Origin: Macrostomum lignano
Lineage: Eukaryota
Reading direction: 5' to 3'
DNA: 64,000 nt
Assembly: GCA_002269645.1 (NCBI GenBank)
Contig: NIVC01000232.1
Coordinates: 1 to 64,000 of the forward strand
Made by a program: the position numbers and the translations under genes. Positions 40,451 to 55,520 of the stretch are shown in pieces (position 1 is the first letter of the stretch; every line of letters starts with the position of its first letter). Below the pieces are notes generated by a model that saw only the letters and a list, made by a program, of their open reading frames with translations, searched no databases and was not told the origin of the DNA.

Positions 40451-40769
40451 ACCGCCGTTAGACGGTCCCGCTGATGCGGCCAGCGCAAAAATCGCTGCCT
40501 GTCTGGCAGAGCGACCCAACTCCGCAGAAACCGGTGGCACACAGGCGACGCTAAAGACGCGTTTGAGCGCCTTCTTATTTAATGTAATAGTTAAGCATGT
40601 GACGGTATTTAAGTTATTTTTCGGAGAGAAAAGCACACCAATCGCTTTTTTCGCTTCTTATGCTTTTCATTCATTAAGATACAATTACGGATATGATTCC
40701 ACAATTACAGGCAGAAATTAGCCTCTTTAAATTACACCTACTCTAATAGTAGACAGATATTGTGCAACC

Positions 40770-40950
40770 GACAGGTGGTCGCCACACGCACCCTCAATTA
40801 CCCCAGCTAAGGCTGGCACCCATTTTATAGCTGCGTGAACTGAAGCAAATGCAGAGTTAAGTGTCTTTCTCAAAGGCACAGATTTTTCCGATTGGGTCGT
40901 GAATCCAACCCCCGACCTTCAGTTGTGAGTCCTATGCTCAAATAACTAGT
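40770..40950 (-). mobile_element. CORE-type SINE
   Basis: Reverse complement matches the 27245-27425 SINE (GACACTTAACTCTGCA..AAAATGGGTGCCAGC). Confidence 0.75.
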
Positions 40951-42077
40951 TTACAACATAGGTAGGGGTCTTTTAACACTTAAAATCAGTTCCAGGAACG
41001 AATGAAGATCTGATCAAATGAATCTGACGATGAAGGTAGCAAGAGGCTAAAGGTAAAATATAGTGAAAGTTAAAGTACATGTTGGTTAGCAGTTAATTAG
41101 ATGGATCCTTTAGCAGTGCTCGAAAGTTCTCTATTAGGCATTTCGTTTACTCATACAATCACAAAAACATTTAACAGTTATAGCATTCAGAATTAGCGTC
41201 CAGTAGTGGTCACTACTAATAAACTCACACTCAGTTTCACGGCAGAACTGCTACAATTTTAATGTCAAAATAATAATTAAAGCATTTCTGCAACTAGAAC
41301 ATATACAAGCAACTACTAGGTCAGGTTAGGCCAGCTAGAGTGGTCAACGTTAAAGGCTAAAGCTACGTTAAAGTATTTCCGCTGGTTAGGGGCGTCGTAC
41401 CGAGTCAAACTTGGAAAGCCAGTTCACCAGGGATCTACGCTCGTACTCAAAGGTCAAAGTTTGACTACCACGTGATCTCCGGTCTGACTGTTAAAATGAT
41501 CAATAGAAATGCGTATAGCCATGTCGCGTGGAAAACTCCCGGAAAACAAGTAATATTAGAACATAGGATTAATACATACAGAAAAAACTGCTAAATTCGT
41601 GCGCGAAAAACAGCAAAAACGTGATAACTAAATTTAGTGCAAAATACACGCAAAAGCACAAAAAGTTACTCGCTCATAAAATACCTGTTTTAGCCCGACG
41701 AATGTAAAAGTAATACGCTTTCCGTTCTACATAATTCGTACCAAAATTCTAAACAAAAATAATTGTCACCAAAGCTAGGCAAAGATGACAGTGCTAAAAA
41801 GTTTAAGTGGAAATTTCAAAGTCATTTACGAGTTATACAGTAAAAAAGCACACTTTTCGACACGAAATAGATCAATATTTTCCTAATTTATCCAACCGTA
41901 TCCTCATGTCTTCAATCTGACTTTTATCATCTGTAAGATTAACTTTTTTACTTTTTTTCCAATGTATAATTTTTTCAGTTTAAAAAACTTTTAATTAATA
42001 TTTTAGTTCTGTGCTTCGTGTGCTTAATCGTAGAAATCGAGTTTCCATTCAATTTGCCGCTCGAAAATATAGGGCAC

Positions 42078-45000
42078 TCAAACAGCGGGAAGATAGGATA
42101 CGAAAATGACAATAACAATCAACACGACAACTATCAAGAAGTGCAATGCTAGTATTCTGAGAATACTGCCAATTTTCTTGACCCGTGACACAATTCCTGA
42201 CTGAATGAGTAGCAAATCAGTGGCTTCTATCACGGCACCAAAGTCGGAAAGCTCACTCATCCATATTTTCTTGACCAATTGAAGCTTATCTTTATCAACC
42301 CTCTCCATGGCAACGCGCCCCTCGTCTTTTACAATCTCCATCTGTCTCAAGCAGAACTCCACATGCTCGCGACTGTTGCTGTAGTGAGCCAGGGTGAGCA
42401 GCTCCTCCAAGTCCGGGTCCTCTTGCAGCTGAGTCTTCCAAGCATCGAATGAGATCTCATTTTCGGGTGTTCGATCGCGGAGCAGCTCAGCTTGGAGACT
42501 CCAGCTCAGGCAGCGGAAGTTCGCGTACAGGTGTGAGCACCGAGGCTGCGACAGTCTGGCAGTGAGCAGAGACTGCGTGAACTCGGGAAGAAAAGGAAAA
42601 CGAGGCGGAGAGTCGCACGGAAAGCAGAACCTCCACGCCCAGTCTAATTCGAGAGGTACTTCCCACGTACTCCGGTTCTTGAATCTTCGATTTGATAACA
42701 GCTCTGGGTCCCAAGCAGTCTGTATGGAGTGACTCTGAAGTCCAGTTAGTGTTACCTCAGCCTTCTTAGCCTCACCAAACTTGAGGTGAGCCATGGCAGT
42801 GAGACACAAAAAGGCACATTTAAACCAATTCAGCTGGTCCAACAGACTGAGTTGAGTCGCGAGGTCATCTTGATTAGTGTGATCTGACTGGAGCAGCTGC
42901 AAGCAGTGATGCACTACGCAGTAAGCATCCGCAAGGTGTAGGTACTGATCAGTGTACTTTGACGTGACTTCTTTCACTCTAGCTGGATGCGTGAGTGGTA
43001 GAATGGTGAACGGATGGAAAAAGAAGTTCTGTGACTGCAGTGGTCTCAGCTGTTCCATGAATTGCTCAATTACTCCTTCGATGCCGAATCTCAACTCACT
43101 CAGTCGGAGTCGAACCCTCGACTTCGTGTTGTCGAAGTCGCCGCCGATTCCAGCGTTCTTGAAGTAGAGCGGAGCGTCTGACATGAAGAAGTGCGGCATG
43201 CACTCATCGGGCGAGCTGCTCGAGTCGATGAAGCTCAGCATCATTTCAAGAGCTTCTTTCACAAGAGAAATCAGATTTTCCGGTTGCCAAGCCAGATTAA
43301 AATCCTCGGTTCCGTGCTTCTCGAGCATGAAGAAGAGCAGAGTCTTTGTGTGGTAAGTCTTGAGTCCAGGTGTTTTCAGTGTGATGGGTAAGTATCTTTT
43401 GAAGATAAACTTGATTACTGTGAAGAGTTGACCCTGGACATCAGAGAGGCTTCTCATGATCCTCTTTTCGTGTAAGCTGAAGCTCACCCTGAGCTCGTTT
43501 CGAGTTTGCCTTGTAGGTCGGGTAGCACTGACGAGATGAACATGTAGTCCTGGATCGTCAGCGTTGGGGCGTATAACCAATTTTTTGAGCAATTTTCTGT
43601 TTTCTGTACAATAGCTACTGCAGCACTTTATGGCATAGCACAGGTCCTGTGTTGGTCGAACACCGCCTGCTGGTGTCGTGACTGCTGGCTGGCTTCCTAT
43701 ATGGTGGATAATAGTTGAGTAAAAAATTCTGGACTGCATGAGTAGGAATGCGGGCTTAAAAACGTCGGAAGTGATATTCTCTTTACGGTAACTTTTTAGC
43801 GGTCAAAGGATTTTTAGCTCGTATTTAAAATTTGTCAGGATTTTTTCTGGGATCAGTTTCAAAGAAGCACCTGTAATATCTATATTATTTGAATAAAATG
43901 GCCTCCTCATAATTATGCTTTATTTCAACGAACCTACCACACAAACCACTCTTTTCTCTCGGAGGGGCCAACATTTTATATTACTTTAGTCTGACTAACT
44001 AGCGTGTCATGTACGGTTTTACACTAAATATTCTTAACTTACCGGACCCTTCATTCACTTGGGCGTGTCCGTTTGTCACACGTAACTTGGTGCCGGGTGG
44101 ACAATGGCAGTGGTTATTCAAATGCATTATCAGTCCAGCAATGAACACAGTCCAGTCGATGTCTGACTCAGCTGCTGTTCTGCCATTTACTTGCATTAGG
44201 CTATTAGACTATCCCTCTGCGAAGCTACCCGTAATTTCTATTTCGCCTTGAACAATAGAAATTGCAACTCTTTGAAGGCAGTCGGCCATTGCCTGCACGC
44301 TCTGAGCTCTGGAACTCGTGAATCCGGACTTTTTCAGCAAATCGTGTAGTTTTAGGCTTTTATTGTTGCCGTCGTTGCTTCTGAAAAGAATATTTTGACT
44401 CAATCGACAATTATTTTGGAAAGTAACAGCAGCTTAGAGTCATTAATGCAGTTTGTTCTCTAATAAATAAACTTCTATTTAAATGCACCATTAAAATTAC
44501 CTTAGACTTGTCGCTTCCAGCAATCGCAGCACCTCGGTGTGTCCTCGATTCTCTGCAAGCTGCGCGCAAGTCAGACCCTGATTGTCTCGATGGCTTGCAT
44601 TCGCCCCAGAGTCTATTAGAGACTTGACCGCACGCACGTGACCTGAATTGCACGCTCGAGTCAAAGCGGTTCGACCGAGACTATCTTGAGCATTTACTGA
44701 AGCATCGTGCTTTATCAGTTTCTCGATGAGCTCGTGGTGACCTGCATCAGCAGCTAGCATGAGAGCTGTGGATCCATCTTTGTCTGACAGATCGACTTGC
44801 TGTTTGCAGACAAAAGGCACTAGCGCTAAGGCAAGTGCGACGCAGCCTTTTGAAATTGATTCCGTTAAAAGATGATGAGTTTCAGCTTTACTCATACGAG
44901 GCAAAAGTTTTTTAAGAATTGAATTCTTTCCTTCCCTCGCCAACTTTGAAAAGAAATCCACGAAGTCTTTGTCTTCCTTAAGCCATTGGGGCTGAAGATC

Positions 45001-47029
45001 GAAGTAGTCTACGATGTGTTGGTGATGAAAGGAAGCTCCTGCCCTTGCACATATGTGGTTGCATTCTTCAACGTCGCCGTTTTTATTTTTAATTTGGTCC
45101 AAAAAACGTAGCATGCTATCCTTTCTTCCGGACTGAGCTGCTGATTCCGCGGCCATTTTTGCTAAGTCGTAATTAAAATCTCTGGATACGATATGAAACA
45201 CTTCAGGGTGGCCGCCACTTCCTGAACCTCTCACCGCTTTTAGGTGACATTCGTGCTTAGCAAAGGCACTTACTGATCGCATTAAGTAGTGCACCACTCT
45301 GGAGTGACCGTTGAATGCAGGCCGCAGCGTGCTCCACGGCAGTCAAGCAGCACTTGTCTCGAACTCGATCTTCAAACACGGTTGTAATGAGAAATTCAAC
45401 AAAATCAAGGTACTTGTCTTTGGACGCGTGCTTCATCGCTCTTTCATAGCCTTCATTTCGCAGGACCTGAGTAACTGACTTCATCTGAACTAATGATTTG
45501 ACGACATTAAATTTCAGATTACTGGCCGCTGACTCAATTGACTTAAGATAGCTCTGACCCTTCCGGTGCGGATCAGCGATTTTTGACACAAAGAATTTCG
45601 TTTCTTCTGCCTCTCCGCTCCATGCGGCTCGTTCTGCAGCGGTTTCGTAGCAGTCATCTTTACCGTCATCTGAGCTGACAGATTCTGCCAGAAATTTAAC
45701 TACAGACCATTTTTGGTTATCTGACGCAGCCTTTACAGCATTCTTGCAGCACAGATCTTTGCGTCGTTCGTCTTTGATTCTGTTCACCAGATCAGTTACC
45801 GTCTCCAGATCGCCATTTCTTGAAGCTGGCTCAGTGGCATCGCTACAGCACTGGTCTTTCAGCTCATCTGCAATCGATTCGACAAAGAACCACATTGTCG
45901 ATATTTCTCGATTCGAGGCGAATTTTTCTGCCGCTCTCATGCAACAATCATTTCTAGCCTCGGGATCATCGATGGCACGAACGCAATATTTAGCCATATC
46001 GCAGTGAATTCTCTCGGCAGCGATTTCAGCAACTTTCAGACAGCGCGCATGCTTGAATCTTTTGTCAGTGCAGCTGTCTAAAAGGAACTTGACGACATCA
46101 AACATATCGGCTTTAGCAGCTGACTGTGCAGCAACCATACCGCAGGCGTGCATTTCAAACTTATCGTATAGATTTATCAGTACTAGCCGCAAAACTTCTA
46201 AGTACCCCTTTCGGCCAGCGTATCTTGCTGCCTGCCGGCCAGTGGTAGTCGTGCCTTTGAGTAGCTCGAGTGCTTTTTCCATCTCAAGTTTTTCGTTCTC
46301 ATAGACCTCTAATATATGAAAGCAAATGGCTTTAACATTTTCGTTCGATTTACTCTGCAATATTTTTATGATTTCAATAAAATTATCCTCGGCCATACTC
46401 TTCCTTGCTTTAGCGCTTTGATTAGCCAGTGCTTTCAGCTCTGTTGCCACATCCGACTGGCTGCAACCAGCTGCAACTTCAGCCAGCTCTAAGCAACAAC
46501 GAGCCCTCACTATGTTGTCGGCGATCTTCTCGATATACGACCTCACGCGTTTCCACTGTTGATTATCTGCAGCAGCTTTTGCAGACACCTCGCAGCAAAT
46601 AATTTTCAATGGCTCTGTACTTTTTTCAATCAACGTATCCAGAAGCTTCCATTTCTGCCAATTAGCAGCAGTCTTCACCATGTCGAAGTAAAATTGGTCT
46701 CTTGAACTTCTGTCTGATTCTTGCGGTTCGTGAAAGCTTTTGTCATCCAATTGACATAGATTTTCAGCTACTTGTATGTAGCACTGACTTTTAAAACGCT
46801 CGTCACAAATAGCTTGCACCAAGATTTTCAATATCTTCCATGAAATAGGGTTGTGCATACATTTACTGGATGCATGTAAAGCTGCGATCCTGCATACTTC
46901 ATACCTCTGCTTTACGTCTTGCATTTCTTCTACCATATGCTCAACGCTTTGTAGATCGCCTTCATTTATCGCCTTCAGTATTTTCCCGTACTTGAAATTG
47001 ATGACTGCTTCGACTTTCCTTGACGCCAT
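42078..47029 (-). pseudogene. Gene B: inverted paralog of A (ANK-cGLR-TM), disrupted; exons 47029-44501, 44380-44043, 43696-42078
   Basis: Same intron phases (2 then 1) as A; motifs ITGSFAEG*..ESDIDW, QDLCYAI, KTYHTKTLLF; intact TM tail. Apparent ~7-nt insertion frameshift near 45325; TAG at 44209-44211 where A has Trp. Confidence 0.85.
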
Positions 47030-47296
47030 CGGCGAAGAAAAATCTGAAAAAAATTTTTCACAACAACTTTATTCAGCTACTCAAGTTGATTTCAGCACAA
47101 ATCCGCAAAGAAATTCGAAAACATTATTTGATTTTTCTATTTTTATTAATGTTCTATCTACGGAGCTAAACCAATATATATTTAATATCAGATTTTGAAA
47201 GAAAAAATTTGTGTTCAGTCTAACAATAGTCCAAACAACAACGAATGTGCAGAAACGGAAATAAATTATACGTCGCAAGAAAGAGGTTCTGACAGG

Positions 47297-48620
47297 TGTT
47301 GTGTGTGACTACGATTCTTCCTTATAATAACTTCAAGTCTATTCCTTTGGTGCTAAGCAAATACATCTCTCTCAAAGTGCACGCATACTATTTCATTGGT
47401 CATTTCATCAACATATAACATGGCGACGAGGATTGAAGCAGCACGCAAATGCTGACCTCATACAAGCGCTGACCTCATTCAAAGCTCAGTCCTGACTTCT
47501 CGAACGGCGAATTCACTAGAATTCAAGCTCGGCGACGTGCCAATTATGTATCCCGACGTAGATCAATACCTAAAAAGGTTCAACTTCTACTTATCGGCTA
47601 CGAAGAGGACCGATGATGACGCGAAGTCCGTGTTCCTGGCTACCTGCGCCTTTGCAGCCTTTACACTCGTGGAGACTCTCGTGCAAGCAAGCAAGCAAGT
47701 TGACTCAGAGGAGTGCACATTCAGCGCAATGCAGACGGCCATAACGGAACACTTAAAGCCAAAGCGACTACTACACTACGATCGACACATACTAAATTCA
47801 ATGATGCAAGAGGCAGGCGAACCGATTTCTTCTTTTGTTGGACTGCTGAACAGCCAGGCCAGAAAGTGTCAATTCGGAGACCTTTTAAATTGTCTATTCT
47901 GTCTCAATTCATATTTGGACTTGCGGATCAAGCATTACGACAGAAATCACTAATTAACAAAAGAATAGCTCACACTTGACGACGCCGTTCGTGACGCACT
48001 GCTCTCCGAATCAGTACAATCTGCTACTCATGCATCCAGCACCATCGCCACCGTTCTGAACCTCAAGGACCAAAGGTGACTTTAAACCCAAAAGAAGAAA
48101 CAAGGGCAGCATTGGCATGAAAGGGGATGCGCGGAAACAACCCCATTAAAGCAGCAGCTCGAATTAAAATGTATTTGGCATTTTGAATGAAAACAGCGAT
48201 GCAAGAAAATTTGAAAATAAAGCTTTAAAAAAATGGGCTTACCGCTTACACAGGCAGCCAAAAAATGCCGAGCCAACTGAGCGAGACACCAATAAAAGGG
48301 GCGACGGCGCAGAGGCTAAAGCCCACCCCACCAGGCCACCACCCCACGCACGCAGAGCCGAAGCAACCCCCACACAGAGCGGACAGAGGGAGAGAGAGAA
48401 CCTACGCAAAGCGACACACTGGTTATTGACTAGTCAAGACCAGTCAAAAACCAACACAGCTCCCTCTACTAAGCCGCAGTTCAAATCAAATCCACATAAA
48501 CATGCTGAACGTCCAGGTGGAATTTGCTTTTCCTGCGGTAAACCCGGACATTTGCGATCCGCATACAAGTTTGACCAAGCGACGTGCAAGAAGTGTGGCA
48601 AAGAAGACAGATAGTGAAAG
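47297..48620 (+). mobile_element. 5' fragment of a second Gypsy element (short LTR, PBS, broken gag)
   Basis: TGTT..AACA 47297-47420 followed by PBS TGGCGACGAGGAT (tRNA-Ser-like); gag KPKRLLHYDRH..QEAGEPI..KCQFG; CFSCGKPGH knuckle. Confidence 0.8.
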
Positions 48621-49452
48621 AGAGGTATTGACCGCGCACCCAACTAAACTCGAATTTAAAGAAAACGATCGACAATCTTCGAACTTACACTTGTTTGAGT
48701 AGCCGCAGAATGAATTATTTTTTTCTCTTTTTAAACTGCAAAAAAATCTTAGATTTCGTCGCTTAAGTAGATCGCTTTCCCTTTCAGGACCGGAGGACCG
48801 GGTGTGCCGGTCTTTTGTGCCACTGGCTTTTGCTCTGCGTTTGTCTTTTGGGGTTTAAATTAATATTTGGAACGATAGCCAACGGAGACACTTCATTCCG
48901 CCAAATTGCGAGGAAAGAAATGCAGTAAGCTATTGATATAGGCTCACTCTTTTTTATACAGCCATATACGCTAGTACTAAGAGCTTTTAGAAAAGAACGA
49001 GAACAGACAAAAGACAGAAGCTTACAGTCTGAGAAATCGGCACAGTTTTTGTAACTAGACAATTGGAGCCCAGACTTGGACGCCTTGAATCTAGTAACGA
49101 ATCTCAATAAGAGGGGTGCAGCTACGTTAAAGCTTTTTATTCAAATTAACGTCAATATAGAGTAAAGCGTAGCATACTTCTATTCTTTGAGCATAAAAAT
49201 GAGATTCGCAGCAGCAGCAAGTTGAAGTGTAGCTTGCTTAAATGAGACGCTTGCTTAAATACGCGCTCTTACGCGTGTATCAGTCGTCATGAGCTTCTTA
49301 GGGAGCTCTCTGTGTCTGTCTGTCTCTCGCTCGTCTGTCTCTGTCTTTCTTAAGTAAAGAGTTAGTAAATTTGAGCAGGTATAAAAGCATAAGTTGGTTG
49401 AGCAGGGTGCCGAACCGGCACGTTGGAGATTTAGCTCTGCATGTACAATTAT

Positions 49453-50385
49453 TCACCCGAAAGGTGGTTCATTTGTGTTATTGATTAGGGCAGGCAGCTT
49501 TGACGGACAGAGAATGTCCTTAAGAGAGCGTGACCTGGTGTACGCAGCCACTGTGCTTAGCTCTCGTGCATGCTCAGAGATGGTTGTGCGTATTTTGTGT
49601 ACAATATTGGCGGAGTGGTCCGTGAATGGAATCACAATCGGAATGCAAGCACTTCTGCTACTGTCAGCTGTGTTGAGACCAGCAGGTGTCCAAGTGCTCA
49701 GCAAGTTGATTCGTTTCTGCTCCATGTCTCGTCCTCGGCGTTGAGCACCTTCCTTGTTGGTCTCAAGTTCAGGGCTGAGGTACCACAGTCTCATGAAGCG
49801 GAGATCTTTAATGTTGTGGTTAAACGAGCAGAAATGTCTTGAGACCGGGGTGTCTTTAGCGAGTCTAATGTCGCTCAGGTGGGCCAAGAGCCTAACTTTT
49901 AGAGCTCCACCCGTCTCGCCTATGTAGACACAGTGGCCGCTGCAGGCTTTGCAAAGAATTGCATAGACAGCGTTTCGAGAGTCATAGCGGACTTTCTGGC
50001 AGATTCTGTAGATCATTTTCGTAGACTTTGAGCCTGGACAGACTTGGCCCCATTGGCCGTGTTCTTTGCATAAGTAGCAGCTTTGAATGCCGCAATCTTG
50101 GAAGCCGAACTCCCGTTGCCAGTCGGTGTAGAACCCCAGCTGGGTAAGGGCGGATTTCTTAGCGTCTCGGATCAACCCAACTGAGTGTCCTTGTCTCTTT
50201 AGGATGCCCAACAGACTGCTGCTAGCCTCATCAAAATCTTCCTTGAAGGTGCATCGACGTGCGTAGCGGAGAAATTGGGATTTCATGATCCCCTTGAAGG
50301 TGTGTTTGGGATGGAATGAGGACGGGTCTAAGAGTTGGCGCGAGTCGGTTGGTTTAGAATATATTGAGCAAGTCAGCCTTTTCAT
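49453..50385 (-). mobile_element. 5'-truncated Penelope-like element (Neptune-type), RT thumb plus GIY-YIG endonuclease
   Basis: YSKPTD..SSFHPKHTFKGIMKSQFLR; Cys linker CGIQSCYLC; NAVYAILCKAC..YIGETG..RLLAH..PVSRHF. Confidence 0.88.
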
Positions 50386-50397
50386 GTCCCCTTCTAA

Positions 50398-52327
<1,930 letters not shown>

Positions 52328-52429
52328 TTCCCATGTAAGCCTTGCTATCTCAGCTATTCCCTGTAAACTGTGACGTCTCAGTGATTCCCCCCCCCCCAGT
52401 CTTGGCATCTCATCAATTTTCCCCTAGCC

Positions 52430-52686
52430 TTGGCATCTCAGCCATATTTTCATAGGCCTTAAAAATCTCAGCCATATTTTCATAGGCCTTAAAAATCTCA
52501 GCCATATTTTCATAGGCTTTAAAAATCTCAGCCATATTTTCATAGGCTTTAAAAATCTCAGCCCTATTTTCATAGGCTTTAAAAATCTCAGCCATATTTT
52601 CATAGGCCTAGGCTTTAAAAATCTCAGCCATATTTTCATAGGCTTTAAAAATCTCAGCCATATTTTCATAGGCCTTAAAAATCTCT
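52430..52686. repeat. 30-bp minisatellite (GCCATATTTTCATAGGCYTTAAAAATCTCA), ~8 units
   Basis: Units at 52441+30n; a related degenerate sequence lies at ~13430-13495. Confidence 0.92.
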
Positions 52687-53086
52687 TCAATTCCCCGTAA
52701 GCTTTGATATAAGCAAACACTGCTTTTCTTTAATATGCCGTGCATAATTTAATTAATTTTGCTCACATTTCTCCTTCGTTCAGCCAGCGATCCTGCGATG
52801 TCAGGTCCCGTTGTAAAAAACATCCGTTTCAGAGCGTCCGTTTTGCGACTTGTCTCGCTAGATTCGATGCACTGAATTGATTGCTCTGCTCTGTTCTGTT
52901 TGCTCTGTTCCACTGACTGACTCATTGTCTTAGTTGCTTTTGTGAAACTAAAATTCAGTACCCGCGTAACGTTCCATTTCCACATTTGTGACCATTCAAT
53001 CCCCAGCTAAACTACATCCTAGATACATATCAGTACGTTTCCATATATGTACAGCGACTGCGGTGTTTTGCCCCCCCCCCTTGCAG

Positions 53087-54760
53087 ACGCAGCAGACGAA
53101 GACCCAGCGCAGGCCGAGTCAGCGCGCAACAGCGCAGGCTTCTGCAGCAGCAGTAGCAGCAAGCACCAAGCCGAAGAAGGGCCGCAATGTTAACTCCCAG
53201 CCAAAAGTCGCTGTACACGTGGAGAATCCCACTCCTAGCCAGCAACCCATTCTGTGCACATTCTGCGGGTCCTGGCCCCCGAGTTCCATTGCGACCGCTG
53301 CCCCCCTGTAGGTCAGCATACGTGCGACGGCTGCAATACACAGTTCCATAATCACCCCGACCGACGCAGTCATCAGCCTGTGCGTCTACACGAAGGTAAG
53401 CTCAGAAGATATTGATACCGGGTTAAACATTTGCGAAGTCCAAGTCCACACTGTCTCGGATGCACTACAAGTCCCCCTCTCCCACGCCCACACAATCCCT
53501 CCAGTAATCAATACGGAGCCCGCTGCCCCGTCTGTCTCTGAAGGCGCGGAAAACAGTCAGCCTGCCGCGCCAGCGACAGTCAACGAAGAAGCTGCCGGCG
53601 AAGCTGACGACGCTCCCACAGGTCCGTGCCACCAGTGCAGCTTGCTGGAGGAGCAACTCGGCGAGGCCCGGACGACCGCCAACCGCCTTGACGCGACGAT
53701 CGTCGAGCTGCGCGAACAGGTCGCCGAGGCCGCGAGTGCACACCATGCAGAGGTGGCATCTCTCCGGATGGAGATTGACCACCTGCGGAATGTGTTGGCG
53801 GACCGAGACGCCGACCGACACCGTCTGGATTCTGACCTCCTGGCATTGCAGCGCAACGTCGTTGAGTGGGTGCAGTCCACTCGGCAGCACCTGCAGGGGG
53901 ACCTGGCACCTCGAAGCGCGCTACAACGCCATCATTGTCTGGAAAATCGTCGTGATGAGGCTGCGGCAACCGAGTCTACGTTTTTGTCGCAGCTCTACTC
54001 CACGGAGGCGGTGTCGTTCTCTGCTGCCACTGCAGCCGCCACCGTGTCCGCCCAGCCCATGGCCGCCGCTGCTGCTGTGCATCAGCAGGACCTGGCTGCA
54101 GGCGGGGCGAGCGGCACGATGACGCCACTATTGGCCGGCTATAATATCTTGGTAAGGCGTCACACTGATTTTTTACAAAACCAAGTATTTTTACTTGCAA
54201 TCACTTCCGTTATTCCGTGTATTTCATTACACTGTCAGGTTCCTGCCCTCACCGCCGTCGTCGTTCGGTCGGCACTAAGTGACTTCAAGCGGGACCCGGA
54301 CGCTCACAATCGGAGCCGCCTGATCCGGAAGCTGCTGCAGGCCCTCTTCACCAAAGAGGAGCTGCAAATCAGCAGCTGGTCCGGCAAGACCCGCCGGCCC
54401 GGCGCTGCTAACAGCCCCGAGAAAATGATGCAGGCTCCGTCGGCTGCAAAGCTTGACGTCCTGGCGTCTTTCCTGTTGACGGAGGCCGGCATTGCTGACT
54501 GCAACGACGAGGTCCGGGCCGTGTTTAAGAACATGGCCGACAACAGTCGGCGGGGCTCGCGCCCGAAGGCTGCTCGTCCTGCCCCTGGAGGTGGCGATAC
54601 GCAAGCCGAAAAGCGCCCCCGCCATGCAGAGTCTGCTATCACACTGCAATCACGGCCGGCGAATGCGGCGAATGCGTCTAATCCTGAACCGGCGGCGAAT
54701 AGGGGATCTGCACCAGTGGTTAATGATGGCTCTGAACCGGCGGCGACTGCGTCTGCCTAA
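53087..54760 (+). CDS. Spliced B-box / coiled-coil / BEN-domain protein (exons 53087-53395, 53505-54151, 54239-54760; first exon unresolved)
   Basis: B-box-like LCTFC..FHCDRC..TCDGC..FHNH..SH needs +1 nt in the C-run at 53276-53280. Phase-1 intron 53396-53504 and phase-0 intron 54152-54238. Heptad region; BEN-like RLIRKLLQALFTKEELQISSWSGK..KLDVLASF. Confidence 0.65.
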
Positions 54761-55384
54761 AAACGTATAATCTGTGTCAAAATAACATCACAAAAATGGT
54801 TACACGTTTTCGTCTTCATGCTGGTTTAAAAGCGCTCTTGCAAGCTAGCTTCAACTCATCCACTGTTTTTTCAGTTGCAAGTTACTAGTGATTCCCCACA
54901 AAATTTGTCCCGGCGAAAAGTTCATTATTGCTGCACCGGGATATCTGTTGAGTTTGACTCAACAGCGCCATGCTTTTATTGTTCTTTAGTACTTTGCATT
55001 GCATTACAAAAAAACAAAAAAATACATTGTGGCTCTCATTACATTTCCAGCTCCACTGTTTTTGCTGCTCCAGCTCCACAGCATTTTATTATGTTCCAGT
55101 TCAAGATTTACGTTTACAACTTTCTTTGCTGTTTGTATTACTTTCTTGTTACAGCTACGACTTTTATGCAGCTTGTCTTTTTGCTCAGTCATTTGCCAGC
55201 GAATTAATGTTAATGTTAATGTTAAAAATAATATTTAATTAAATACATACGTTCCTAGTTGTGTTATAAATTAAAAAACCAATTAAGGTAACTAGCTAAA
55301 AATTTTCAGCCATTATCTCTTACACTTTTGATTATTTTCTACGTACGGGACGCAGCTAGTACAGTGTATTCCCGAAGTACCGCG

Positions 55385-55520
55385 GCGTAAGCAATTACCG
55401 GGCAAGGCGTATTTCAAGCGTAGCACTGGCGTATGCCAGGCTGGCAACATGCGTATCTCAAGCGTACCGCGGGCGTAAGCTTAGCGGGCAAGGCGTATTT
55501 CAAGCGTACCGCGAGCGTTA
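55385..55520. repeat. Short GC-rich direct repeats (GGGCAAGGCGTATTTCAAGCGTA), possible TE subterminal region
   Basis: The motif recurs at ~55400 and ~55487, with partial copies between. Confidence 0.45.
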
